Positions 9,736 through 19,095 of a stretch of DNA of 64,000 nucleotides are shown here, in pieces (positions within the stretch are counted from its first letter, which is position 1; every line of letters starts with the position of its first letter). Source of the DNA: an uncultured Pseudobdellovibrionaceae bacterium (GTDB lineage: Bacteria; Bdellovibrionota; Bdellovibrionia; Bdellovibrionales; UBA1609); contig CAWDNU010000001.1 in NCBI GenBank assembly GCA_963803705.1, positions 128,001 to 192,000 on the forward strand, in the 5' to 3' direction. The position numbers and the translations under genes were made by a program. The notes below the pieces were generated by a model. That model was not told where the DNA came from and ran no database searches. It was given only the letters and a program-made list of their open reading frames with translations.

Positions 9736-10665
9736 CTATAAGGATTTAAATCTTTTTGATCTAGAATTTGCTCTTCTCTTTTTACTTTTTGGTGATGCTG
9801 AAAGTGAATCCGATGAACCTGATACGCTTGAAATTTCACTTGAACTTGGAACTATAGATGATGCTGCATTTCTTGAAGGTGTTTTCACTGATGATCTGCC
9901 AAGAACGTCTTCAACTGAAGTTGTTAGCTTTCCAATAGCACCAGTGTCTGAAGGATTTCTTAAAGTCATAAAAAGGTCTGCCGGGTTCGTTGCCATAATG
10001 TAGATAAGTTTTTGGGCTTCTGCTGGTGAAGCTTCAATCGTGATCGAGTCATAATTTGTGTTTTTGCTAAGTGATTTAATTAAATAGTTCGTACCACTTT
10101 TATCCAGTTCATAGTCTGCTGGGATTTGATTCTGAACAGTAGTTCCTGTCGCCAATATAATTACATTTTGCATGATAGCTTTGACTTCTCGTTTCTGGTT
10201 TTGACCACTTCCCGAAACAACAGAGGCAATCATATCTACTCGATCACCAGGCTTTAAAAGCTTAGCAACACCCCTCATTGCATCTACAGGAATTGTAATA
10301 GCGCGTTTTCCAGGAGCCACTTGATAGGAAAGACCGGTCAATGCACCTGGCTGTGATATCTTAGTTCTTAAAATTTGTTCGCCAGCTATTATTGGAGTCA
10401 GAGCCACAAAGCCCCTTAGTTCAGAAGGATCGGTAACTGCTTGAGGCATAACAAATTCCTCTGGAATTTCTTTCACTTCAACTAGTGTCTCATCCATTGG
10501 GTACATTTCATTTATATCTTGTTTTGCAACGACCACTGTTTTTCGTTTACCAAATTTAATTGTGACTTCTTTATTCTTTTCTTGCATCCAAGAATATAAT
10601 AAAAAAACAGAGAACAAAGCAGCTCCAACTGATATCCACAATGTCTTAGTGTCTGACTGGTTCAT
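9736..10665 (-). CDS. cpaB: Flp pilus assembly protein CpaB/RcpC
   Basis: SAF domain 'VVVAKQDI', 'PGKRAITIPVD', 'LKPGDRVD'. Confidence 0.92.
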   Translation of the reverse strand: MNQSDTKTLWISVGAALFSVFLLYSWMQEKNKEVTIKFGKRKTVVVAKQDINEMYPMDETLVEVKEIPEEFVMPQAVTDPSELRGFVALTPIIAGEQILRTKISQPGALTGLSYQVAPGKRAITIPVDAMRGVAKLLKPGDRVDMIASVVSGSGQNQKREVKAIMQNVIILATGTTVQNQIPADYELDKSGTNYLIKSLSKNTNYDSITIEASPAEAQKLIYIMATNPADLFMTLRNPSDTGAIGKLTTSVEDVLGRSSVKTPSRNAASSIVPSSSEISSVSGSSDSLSASPKSKKRRANSRSKRFKSL

Positions 10666-11133
10666 CTACTCTCCACAACCTGATGTTAAACAAATTCCAT
10701 GTCCTACTTTCACCCAAACGTTTTTAAAGTAGTGTCTTTCGTTTCTTCTTTGTCGGCTTATGTCCCCGTAAGCTGTAGAGTTGTGGGCGTCCGGATTTGA
10801 AGCCACGTCAGGACTTCTGTCCCTATAGTCGATGTTCATCTTAGCTGCTATAAACACGGCACCGTCTAGTCCAGGTTCTCTGACAGTAAAGTATCTATGC
10901 TCAGTTATATTATAGCTGTTATCAGATCCACCCCGTACATCTCTTAAATAGCTAACGTTGGCCCTGTGCCTGATTTGCTCAAAACCATAGGCTCTAGATG
11001 CAATTGAACTAAGAATCATTTTCTGAGTTACTCCATAGAAACCAATAGTGAAACCAACTAAGGCCACAAACACAAAAATCATTGGTATTGTTTCAAGAAC
11101 GGCCAAGCCTTTTTCTTTTTTGCGCCTTTGCAT
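10666..11133 (-). CDS. TadE-like pseudopilin
   Basis: Prepilin cleavage motif 'KG|LAVLE' plus hydrophobic helix. Confidence 0.7.
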   Translation of the reverse strand: MQRRKKEKGLAVLETIPMIFVFVALVGFTIGFYGVTQKMILSSIASRAYGFEQIRHRANVSYLRDVRGGSDNSYNITEHRYFTVREPGLDGAVFIAAKMNIDYRDRSPDVASNPDAHNSTAYGDISRQRRNERHYFKNVWVKVGHGICLTSGCGE

Positions 11134-11156
11134 CTTTGTCCCCTTGGAAATTTTTT

Positions 11157-11744
11157 TTAGCAGCCGTTATCTGAAAAAACCCCGACTGTACCTATGTCAA
11201 AACCATAGGTTGCAGCCTGATTAAATTTTCCATTTAAATTTAAAATTGCCTGTGCCCGTTCTTCTATAAATCTGAAACATTCTGTAGAGGTAGGCTCTCT
11301 ATATAAAAACGAGCCCATGGTTGCGGTAAAACCTTGACCCGCAAGCTGTGAACCAGTTCGCCCTAAAAACGGCACATTAAAATCTAGAACCTTTGATTCA
11401 AAACCCACTCTGACTCCAACATACTTCTGTCTCCACGGAAATTGAGTAGCGAACTCGTTAAATTCTCTAGCTTCAAAATTTGAAATGACGAAAGCGTTCT
11501 TAAAAAAAGTAGCTGCCGCTGAATTTTGAGTTAGCTCGGTGTATTTTTTTTCAGCCAGGGCTTCTTGGCTTTGGACATCGATGTGACCTGCAAAAAAAAG
11601 ACGCGCGGACGCAAAGGTAATGTATTGAGTTAAGTGGGCGACCATAAAAGTGTACGTAATTGCATAAAACAATTGGAATAAACCAATCACCATTGTGAAT
11701 GAAAAGATAAAGTCTATTGTTAAAATTCCTTTTTGCTTTTTCAC
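11157..11744 (-). CDS. TadE/F-like pseudopilin
   Basis: 'QKG|ILTIDF' prepilin-like N-terminus plus hydrophobic helix. Confidence 0.65.
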   Translation of the reverse strand: MKKQKGILTIDFIFSFTMVIGLFQLFYAITYTFMVAHLTQYITFASARLFFAGHIDVQSQEALAEKKYTELTQNSAAATFFKNAFVISNFEAREFNEFATQFPWRQKYVGVRVGFESKVLDFNVPFLGRTGSQLAGQGFTATMGSFLYREPTSTECFRFIEERAQAILNLNGKFNQAATYGFDIGTVGVFSDNGC

Positions 11745-11747
11745 AGT

Positions 11748-12005
11748 CTAGTCACCAATCCTGGTCATTGTGTTAACGTGAGGATGAAGGTTCTCGTCCA
11801 TAGCAGCTTGCGAATCCTTCCAGTTTCCAGTCGACATCATCCCAGAGATTTGACGCCAAGGTTCAGATATAATACGTCCCATAAGGTTTCTATCTTTAAT
11901 TTGTCTACTGGCAAAAATAGATAGCGATAGCAGTAGAACAAGAATTAAAACACCCTCAATGGCTATTTGGCCATTCTGGTTTTTATTAGAATATCTAGCC
12001 GTCAT
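11748..12005 (-). CDS. Minor pilin-like protein
   Basis: 'NQNG|QIAIE' prepilin motif; start taken at MTARY (ORF track extends to 12113). Confidence 0.65.
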   Translation of the reverse strand: MTARYSNKNQNGQIAIEGVLILVLLLSLSIFASRQIKDRNLMGRIISEPWRQISGMMSTGNWKDSQAAMDENLHPHVNTMTRIGD

Positions 12006-12073
12006 TATTCGGGTCTTTAAAAAATAAATTTTAGCAATAACTTTTACAAAAAAATTTGTTATCATTTTAAGGT

Positions 12074-12568
12074 TTACCATGACAGGGTTCCCAGAGTGAA
12101 CAAGGAAAACCAACCTAGCAGAATTCCAAATGTGAATGGTATCTTATTGTTGGGGACTGCAAATCTTTTATAAACACCAAACGTGTTATACAATACTTTA
12201 AATATTTGGCCGCTTATTAGGTAAAAAATTAAAGCATAGGCCCCGGCCCAAATGATAGAAAAAATCAAAAAATTATAGATATCAGAAGGAGCTAAAAAAA
12301 GGGATGCTATGCAAAGCGCTTTGATATCTCCACCGCCTAAAACATTAAGCTTGAAAAGTAAAAATCCTACTGCAAACATAACTAAGAAGGACTGCAAAGA
12401 TACGAATAGGGTGGAAAAAGGTAGTAATAAAATGATAGTAAAAAAGGAAATAACTAGAGAGATTAAAATAAATCTATTGGGAATTTTTGAAGAGTAAAAA
12501 TCAAAAAAAGAACATACTACTAAAAAAAAACTTATCCACAAATATGGTACAGAATTAAGATAGAACAT
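12074..12568 (-). CDS. cpaA: Prepilin peptidase CpaA/TadV (A24 family)
   Basis: 'D...KIPN', 'LGGGDIK', 'IPFTFGI'; multi-pass membrane protein. Confidence 0.9.
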   Translation of the reverse strand: MFYLNSVPYLWISFFLVVCSFFDFYSSKIPNRFILISLVISFFTIILLLPFSTLFVSLQSFLVMFAVGFLLFKLNVLGGGDIKALCIASLFLAPSDIYNFLIFSIIWAGAYALIFYLISGQIFKVLYNTFGVYKRFAVPNNKIPFTFGILLGWFSLFTLGTLSW

Positions 12569-12573
12569 AGTAA

Positions 12574-12600
12574 CTTATCGGAAAAAAAAGTAAAAACTGA
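12574..12600 (-). promoter_or_regulatory. Putative sigma-28-type promoter, probably leaderless, for cpaA
   Basis: TCAG-N15-CCGATAAG ending 5 nt before the ATG. Confidence 0.55.
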
Positions 12601-12618
12601 ATCAAAATGATAAAAAAT

Positions 12619-12825
12619 TTACTGCCAGGTTGTAGGACTAGTGCAGGGACCTGCTCCCCCGCTAGCTGTAGAAAAGCAACGCCCTGTGGTCATTTCAACT
12701 TCTACACGAGCGCCAAGACTTGGACCCGCATTTTTAAAAGCCCCAATTGGTCCAGAATCGCCTATCATAGATCTTATTAAAACAAGACCAATGAAAGCAA
12801 TAAGGACTGTTAGTTCGAGGCTCAT
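12619..12825 (-). CDS. Flp-like small pilin
   Basis: 'MSLELTVLIAFIGLV' pilin-like helix; next to flp; true start may be slightly upstream. Confidence 0.6.
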   Translation of the reverse strand: MSLELTVLIAFIGLVLIRSMIGDSGPIGAFKNAGPSLGARVEVEMTTGRCFSTASGGAGPCTSPTTWQ

Positions 12826-12843
12826 ATTTTAGACCTAAATCAG

Positions 12844-13035
12844 TTACTCTGTAACTTGAAATTTGCTTACTCCAGAATCAACGTTACCTAACCCTGTCTC
12901 TAAAGTTCCTTTAAGACGTGTTCTGATCATCATCACAAAACCGATCACTGCTACGAGTATTAAAATATATTCAACCATGCCCTGGGCAGATTCATCATTC
13001 CACAACGCTACTAAATCTCTTTTTATGTCCTTCAT
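12844..13035 (-). CDS. flp: Flp type IVc pilin
   Basis: 'WNDESAQGMVEYILILV' Flp motif; strong GGAGG RBS. Confidence 0.9.
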   Translation of the reverse strand: MKDIKRDLVALWNDESAQGMVEYILILVAVIGFVMMIRTRLKGTLETGLGNVDSGVSKFQVTE

Positions 13036-13063
13036 TCTAATTCCTCCAAATTTTTATAATTAA

Positions 13064-13090
13064 CTTATCGGAATGAGATTTAAATTCTTA
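13064..13090 (-). promoter_or_regulatory. Putative sigma-28-type promoter for flp
   Basis: TAAG-N15-CCGATAAG; shares the 13-mer TAACTTATCGGAA with the cpaA site. Confidence 0.6.
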
Positions 13091-13234
13091 AGTTAACAAA
13101 TAAAAAATTTATTGTTCTCTATTGGTTTAATTGTTTCAATATGGTTTTTAGACTTTGCTTAATAAGAAAAGTGGAATTTGCAGGTCATCTATTACTTTTT
13201 TTAGTGTCCCAATTTGATACATAGGCTACTAAGC

Positions 13235-14530
13235 CTACCTATTCTGGATTTCAGACTTTGAATTTTGCTTGCTATCAGAACTAGATTTGTACTTCTCGCC
13301 TTTTAGCTTAGACTGCTCGTAGTTAAACCGTTTATCTTCAAGTGTTTGGCCATCCAGATCTCTAGCATTTGCTGGTAACCTGATGCCCTCGCTGAAGTGG
13401 CTTGGTCTTACTCTATTTTCCTGGGCGATTACGACAGGCGTAGAACGGCAAACATTTAATTCTTTTTGAAATTTAAAGGACATATTTTCCATTCCGTTAA
13501 TTTCTAGTCGTCTAAGTCTAGATTCAAAGAATCTTAACAGTTTTTTTCTATCTTCATTAACTAAAGGGCACGATTGAGCAAAATACTGTAGGGCCAAATC
13601 GTATTTTTCATTTTCATAAAGTGCCGTAGCCAGATTTATCCGGCTGGATTCTAATTTTGAATCTTTATTTTTGATCAAAGCCCTTTCTGCATTTATAAAA
13701 TCTTTATTTTCAATGTGAATAGAACCTATCAAATCTATTACTCTTTCGCTATTTGAAAATCTTTGATAGATCTTAAAAACTTCAGCCTGATACTTTTCTT
13801 TTTCTCCGGAGTCTCTTATAGCCAGAGCCATATTTATTAATGGTTTTGGATCTAACGGCGATAAAGTAGCTGCCTGGCTACAGGCCCTTTGCGTCTGAGC
13901 AACGAGGCCAAATTTACTAGTCCATTCACATAAATCCAAAACAATAGATGGCTTTTCACCGAACTGATCTAGCATAGTCTTGGTCAATGCTAGGCCCTCT
14001 GAAACATTTTCTTGATCTTTATAAACTGCGGAAAGGCTTTCATAAGGAGCTATACTTTTTGGATTTAACCTGATGGCAGATCTATAAAAGTTAATTGTGT
14101 CTGTTAAAGCCTGTTGATAGGTTTTGTATTCTTTGCCAGATATTATCGATTCGTAAGCTTTGGCTTTACTAGCATTAGCTATTTCTAGATGTATTTTATA
14201 GTAGTTTGGTTTCTTAATATTTAAATGCTTTAAAATTTTAATCTGACGATCGTAATTGTTAAGCTGTTTATAGGCCTCACCTAGTAAAACCAGTTCGTTA
14301 TAATCCAAGGTGAGATAGCGTGTTCCAAAGTTTTCAACTATACCCTTAAAATCTTTAGTCTTATACATTCCATACATTGAACTTTGTGCCGAGAAGCAAA
14401 ATAGAAAAAGCAATAGTCCCAGACCTGCTTTTAGTTTAGAGCTTTTAGCTGCAAACCGATAGCACTCTAAGATGAGACCACTAAAAGTCAGTATAAGATT
14501 TAACCGTTTTTTTAATTGTGTTAAATACAC
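13235..14530 (-). CDS. Exported TPR-repeat protein
   Basis: Helical TPR-like repeats; AAGGAG RBS before GTG; signal-like segment. Confidence 0.75.
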   Translation of the reverse strand: MYLTQLKKRLNLILTFSGLILECYRFAAKSSKLKAGLGLLLFLFCFSAQSSMYGMYKTKDFKGIVENFGTRYLTLDYNELVLLGEAYKQLNNYDRQIKILKHLNIKKPNYYKIHLEIANASKAKAYESIISGKEYKTYQQALTDTINFYRSAIRLNPKSIAPYESLSAVYKDQENVSEGLALTKTMLDQFGEKPSIVLDLCEWTSKFGLVAQTQRACSQAATLSPLDPKPLINMALAIRDSGEKEKYQAEVFKIYQRFSNSERVIDLIGSIHIENKDFINAERALIKNKDSKLESSRINLATALYENEKYDLALQYFAQSCPLVNEDRKKLLRFFESRLRRLEINGMENMSFKFQKELNVCRSTPVVIAQENRVRPSHFSEGIRLPANARDLDGQTLEDKRFNYEQSKLKGEKYKSSSDSKQNSKSEIQNR

Positions 14531-14563
14531 ACTCGGATCTCCTTTAAGACGTAGTCGTAAGTG

Positions 14564-14590
14564 TTATCGGCCTGTATTTAGAAAATCTTC
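14564..14590 (-). promoter_or_regulatory. Putative sigma-28-type promoter for the TPR gene
   Basis: GAAG-N15-GCCGATAA on the minus strand. Confidence 0.55.
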
Positions 14591-14633
14591 ATTCATAAAT
14601 TTTCGAACATCTTTGCCTATGTGCCGAAATAGT

Positions 14634-15476
14634 ATGCGCGGCCAGGCCATGGTCGAGTACATTCTGATGCTCGTTGTTACCTTAACCTTAGTGATTGGGG
14701 TTGCGACTAAACTTGTTCCGCAACTGAAAAAATTCATGGAAAATTACGCAGGGGCCTATGTTGTGTGCTTATTAGAAACTGGTGAACTTCCCCCGCCTTT
14801 AACCACGCGTACAAATCCACAGTGTACTATAGAAAATATGGAGGCCTCAGGTAGGCTTAACGCGTCTGGCGGCGGTTCGGGATCTGGTGGCTCGTCAAGT
14901 GGTAGCTCTGACAGCAGCAGGAACGACAATAGCAATTCCACCAACACAAATGCGGGCAACCAAAGCCGGGGGAGGCCTTCAAGAAATGCCCCTCGTCAGC
15001 AGACGGGCGCTAACACTGGTACTGACGGTAATGCCACAGGTTCTGGAGCTGCAAATTCCGCATCGAAATCCGGTGATAAACTAGCATCTGCTGCTAATAG
15101 TGCTTCAAATAGAACAAACGGTGCGCCAAACAATGATGGAGGGGTGCCATACTCTGTCCAACAAGACAGGGGCAGTGCTATAAGTGGCTATGTAAAAGCA
15201 CCTAGAACAGGCAATCTTAAAGATAAAAACTTAAAACCAACAACCAAATTAAAAAAAGATAGTAAAATAGGTGGTGAAAATCTGCGTAAAGGTTCTTTTT
15301 CTGCGCCTATCAGCAAAGACAAAAAACGAGATATCAGTAACATGGACGACATTGAGCTTGGATTTCAATTTGGTAAATATTTAAGATTTTTTATTATTGG
15401 TGGTTTGCTACTTGCGCTTATTTTAATGGTAGGAACTCAGATCAACTCACTTAGAAAAAGTTGGGGCGCAAATTAA
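14634..15476 (+). CDS. Flp/TadE-like prepilin N-terminus, G/S/N-rich linker and C-terminal transmembrane helix
   Basis: 'MRG|QAMVEYILMLVV', CxxETGELP..C, low-complexity linker, 'FFIIGGLLLALILMVG'. Confidence 0.75.
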   Translation: MRGQAMVEYILMLVVTLTLVIGVATKLVPQLKKFMENYAGAYVVCLLETGELPPPLTTRTNPQCTIENMEASGRLNASGGGSGSGGSSSGSSDSSRNDNSNSTNTNAGNQSRGRPSRNAPRQQTGANTGTDGNATGSGAANSASKSGDKLASAANSASNRTNGAPNNDGGVPYSVQQDRGSAISGYVKAPRTGNLKDKNLKPTTKLKKDSKIGGENLRKGSFSAPISKDKKRDISNMDDIELGFQFGKYLRFFIIGGLLLALILMVGTQINSLRKSWGAN

Positions 15477-15570
15477 AGAAGCAAATTTTGCACAGTACAT
15501 AGCCGATAATCTGTTTCGTAGTTACTATGTCGATGTTGTTCATAGTAAAATTTTGAGCTAAAACAGCTTT

Positions 15571-17271
15571 ATGAAAATATGCACGGTACAATTTAATCCA
15601 ACCTTGGGTGACTTTAAAAACAACAAAACTCGTATTATTCAGCAGCTAAAGCTAGCAGTTAAAGGTGGTGCTGACCTAGTAGTATTTCCAGAGTGCACTT
15701 TGTTCGGTTACTATCCGGCTGACTTACTTGAAAGACCAAGCATTGTGGATGAGCAACTTAAAGTATTTAATTCGTTGGTAAAGGGTGCACCTAAAAATGT
15801 AAGTTTTTTGATAGGATTTATTGCAAAAAATCCAAGAACTAGAGGCAAAAGGTTTCTAAATTCTGTGGCCTTAATACAAAATAATAAAGTCAAAAAGGTG
15901 TTTTCTAAAACCTTACTTCCGACTTACGATATTTTTGATGAGGTAAGACATTTTTCAGTGGGTGATTTGTCAAAAAATTATTTTAAATTAAAAGGCCTAA
16001 GTATTTTGGTCAGTATTTGCGAAGACATCTGGGCCTGGAACAAAAACGGTAAAAGTGGCTATCATACAAATCCTTTTTTAAAGTTAACCAAAAAAATAGA
16101 TTTGCATATCAATTTGAGTGCATCACCTTTTACAATTTCAAAGCATCAACAAAGACAATACATTTTTAAGCATGTAACTAAGTCCACTAACTCGCCAATG
16201 ATATATGTCAACCAAGTTGGCGCACAGGATGAAACTATTTTCGATGGAACAACTTCGATTGTAAACAAAACAGGTAAAGTTATTTATAGTTTAAAATCAT
16301 GGAAAGAGGATTCGGCTATATTTAATTTTAAAGACCTTTTATCTACGAAAGAACTTATACTTTCCACAACAAAGTTCAAGCACCAAATAGCACATCAACC
16401 TACTGGAAAACCTATAGAAGTAGGTTCCAAGAAAAAGAAGGCTTTAGATTTTATTGAAAGCCAAAGTATTTATTCTGCGTTGGTGTTAGGTTTAGAAGAT
16501 TTTTTTAAAAAAACTGGATTTAAGAAAGCCCACTTAGGATTAAGCGGGGGGGTTGATTCAGCACTGGTATATGCGCTAGCTTGTGAAGCATTGGGAAGCA
16601 AAAATGTTTCAGCGATAGCACTTCCAACTAAATTTAATGAAAGCTTAAGTTTAGATCTTGCAAAAAAGTTAACTGCCAATTTTGAATCTGAATTGATTAG
16701 TTTTCCTATTCAAAATCTTTATTCAGAATTCAAAATTAACGTCGATAAAATTTTTAATATTAAAAAGTTTGGACTTGTTCACGAAAATCTACAAGCTCGT
16801 ATACGCGCAGATATTTTGATGGCTTACGCTAACCACAACGATTCTATGTTACTGGCAACAAGCAACAAAACTGAAATGGCCGTTGGATATTCGACGTTAT
16901 ACGGAGATATGTGTGGTGGACTTGCACCTATTGGCGATCTTACCAAAACTCAAGTCTATCAAGTCTGTAGATATGTCAACCGTAAAAATGAAGTTATCCC
17001 TCTACAGATCTTAACAAGAGCGCCTTCAGCTGAGCTACGAGATAATCAAACAGACCAAGACTCATTGCCTGCTTACAAGGATTTAGATAAATCAGTCATA
17101 AAATTAGTAGAAAACACCGAGAAAGCCCTTAGTAAAATCGATAAATGGACTTTAAATGCGCTAATGAAAAGCGAGTTTAAAAGGTGGCAAGCTCCACCTG
17201 TCCTGAAAATAACTGACCACGCTTTTGGCCGCGGAAGAAGGTTCCCTATTGCCCATAAGGCTTACTTTTAG
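15571..17271 (+). CDS. nadE: Glutamine-dependent NAD+ synthetase
   Basis: Nitrilase domain (VFPE, SICED) plus 'GLSGGVDS', 'ENLQAR', 'PSAEL'. Confidence 0.95.
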   Translation: MKICTVQFNPTLGDFKNNKTRIIQQLKLAVKGGADLVVFPECTLFGYYPADLLERPSIVDEQLKVFNSLVKGAPKNVSFLIGFIAKNPRTRGKRFLNSVALIQNNKVKKVFSKTLLPTYDIFDEVRHFSVGDLSKNYFKLKGLSILVSICEDIWAWNKNGKSGYHTNPFLKLTKKIDLHINLSASPFTISKHQQRQYIFKHVTKSTNSPMIYVNQVGAQDETIFDGTTSIVNKTGKVIYSLKSWKEDSAIFNFKDLLSTKELILSTTKFKHQIAHQPTGKPIEVGSKKKKALDFIESQSIYSALVLGLEDFFKKTGFKKAHLGLSGGVDSALVYALACEALGSKNVSAIALPTKFNESLSLDLAKKLTANFESELISFPIQNLYSEFKINVDKIFNIKKFGLVHENLQARIRADILMAYANHNDSMLLATSNKTEMAVGYSTLYGDMCGGLAPIGDLTKTQVYQVCRYVNRKNEVIPLQILTRAPSAELRDNQTDQDSLPAYKDLDKSVIKLVENTEKALSKIDKWTLNALMKSEFKRWQAPPVLKITDHAFGRGRRFPIAHKAYF

Positions 17272-17358
17272 CATAGGCGGCATCTGATACCTGTATCCAC
17301 GTTAGGCTCCGACTAGAGTACAACCTAGCCTCAATTGTATCAGTTCGATACAAAACCG

Positions 17359-17419
17359 AAAGGTGCCAGGTTCTTTATGCTTGCCGCAGGGCAACCAGCG
17401 TTGGGAACCTGGCACCTTT
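17359..17419. repeat. REP-like palindrome, copy 2
   Basis: AAAGGTGCCAGGTTC...GAACCTGGCACCTTT downstream of nadE. Confidence 0.85.
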
Positions 17420-17669
17420 TCACAGTTCTAAGAGGGATGTCTCACTTCTTTTATCTCAAATATAGTCAACTAGACCCGACGATGTCATGAAGGTGTAGAC
17501 TTTTCCTTTTTGCGGGCACCGCTTGCAGTGTTGATATTGTTTACAGTCAAATAACTTTCTAGCAGTCTTTAGCTAATTAAAGCTTATACATTTGTCCTCA
17601 GCCTCCGAAAAGATGGCATATCTCTCGCAACAGTTAGTCATAATAGTTAAATGTAAAAAAGGGGAAACT

Positions 17670-17876
17670 ATGAAAACGCTAATTATTTTATCTCTAAGTT
17701 TTGTAACTTTAAATGTAATGGCTAACAGCAATAACTTTGACTGTTCTGCACAAGCAAAAAACTCAAGAGAAAGAGTCGAGTGCACATCAAGTGTACTAAA
17801 AGACCAAACAAAGCTTGCTTTAAATTGTAAGGAACAAGTTAAGCAAAAGCACAAAAAAGACGGCATAACTTATTAA
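17670..17876 (+). CDS. Small secreted Cys-containing hypothetical protein
   Basis: AGGGG RBS; 'MKTLIILSLSFVTLNVMA' signal peptide; sigma-54-like TGGC-N7-TCGC at 17614-17628. Confidence 0.7.
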   Translation: MKTLIILSLSFVTLNVMANSNNFDCSAQAKNSRERVECTSSVLKDQTKLALNCKEQVKQKHKKDGITY

Positions 17877-18024
17877 TAGGTAAGATATAATCTTGTTAAT
17901 TCTACTAAATTTGAGTTGCCATTATTATTTCGCGGTATTTAAACCGCATCGAAATAATATGAAGTTCATCTGTAAAAAAGCGCACTAACACTGCATAACA
18001 TAAATCTTTACGACTCAAATCAAT

Positions 18025-18504
18025 TTATTGGATGGGCTCTAAGGTTTTAGGGTCTATCCCTGCCTTTCTAAACTTTTCTTCGTATTCATTTCGTAATTCT
18101 TTTTCTATCTCTTTTTTCACCTGTTTTTTTACCGATGTCTGCGAGTTGCTGTTCAAATCTTTAATATCTAATTTAATCCCGCTTATAATTCTTTGAACCA
18201 TACCCGTGTCCATAAAGTCCTTTTTGACAGAAGCTTCTTTTCGTTTGTCGCTGGTAGGCTTAATACTTTCCTTGATATAAATTGTTCTACCATCTGGTGT
18301 AGTGAATTCCCGAATAAAATCAGAAGTAAGCTCTTTTCCACCTTTTGCTACATCTTGTATTCGCTTTGAAGCCGACAAACTTTTCATCCAATTGACGAAG
18401 TACACTTCTAGAGTTTTCGACTCTGAACCAATTCTTAGCTGCAAAATTGATACAATAACAAATGTCATTGCAAGGGATTTAATGGTGAACCAAGTTGGAC
18501 TCAT
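18025..18504 (-). CDS. Hypothetical membrane-anchored protein
   Basis: 159-aa ORF abutting the receiver gene; N-terminal hydrophobic helix. Confidence 0.7.
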   Translation of the reverse strand: MSPTWFTIKSLAMTFVIVSILQLRIGSESKTLEVYFVNWMKSLSASKRIQDVAKGGKELTSDFIREFTTPDGRTIYIKESIKPTSDKRKEASVKKDFMDTGMVQRIISGIKLDIKDLNSNSQTSVKKQVKKEIEKELRNEYEEKFRKAGIDPKTLEPIQ

Positions 18505-18873
18505 CTAAAACTCCATTTTTTTTAGATAATCTAGAATTTCAGATTTACTGAAAGGTTTTTTAAGAAAGCCACGGCAGCCGGCCTTTTCAGCCTGTTTCTT
18601 GATAATAGAATTATCCATAGTTGTAAAAGCTATTATTTTAATTTGCGGCTGAAGTTTTAAAATCTCTTCGGTGGCTTTTATCCCCGAAAGCTCAGGCATT
18701 ACAATGTCCATAAAAATGATATCAGGTTTAAGCTTTGATGCTTGCTCAATAGCCTCTAGACCGTTTTCGGCTTCTCCGATAAGATTGTATTGTTCTTGAC
18801 CACTAAGTATCTGTTTGACGATTTCTCTGATAAAGGGTGCATCATCGACCACCATAATTTTTAATGGATCCAT
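18505..18873 (-). CDS. CheY-like single-domain response regulator
   Basis: 'VVDD', 'MDIVMP', 'KPF' receiver motifs. Confidence 0.92.
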   Translation of the reverse strand: MDPLKIMVVDDAPFIREIVKQILSGQEQYNLIGEAENGLEAIEQASKLKPDIIFMDIVMPELSGIKATEEILKLQPQIKIIAFTTMDNSIIKKQAEKAGCRGFLKKPFSKSEILDYLKKMEF

Positions 18874-19036
18874 ATTTACATTTTAAACCCTACAAAAGAT
18901 TTGCACAACTTAAGTGTTAAGCCAGTTAGGCTTACCTAAACGCAGTTCGGAATAAAATTCGACTATTTCTTTGCCGTCTAGCTCAGTCAAAGCTTTGATT
19001 GGTTCAAGCTTACCCACCCTCACCGCGGTAAGGCGT

Positions 19037-19068
19037 AAAAAAACCCCAGTTTTTAAAACTGGGGTTTT
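19037..19068 (-). terminator. Rho-independent terminator after groEL
   Basis: AAAACCCCAGTTTT/AAAACTGGGGTTTT stem with T-tract on the minus strand. Confidence 0.8.
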
Positions 19069-19095
19069 CATTATTAACTTAGATTCCAAACCTAG

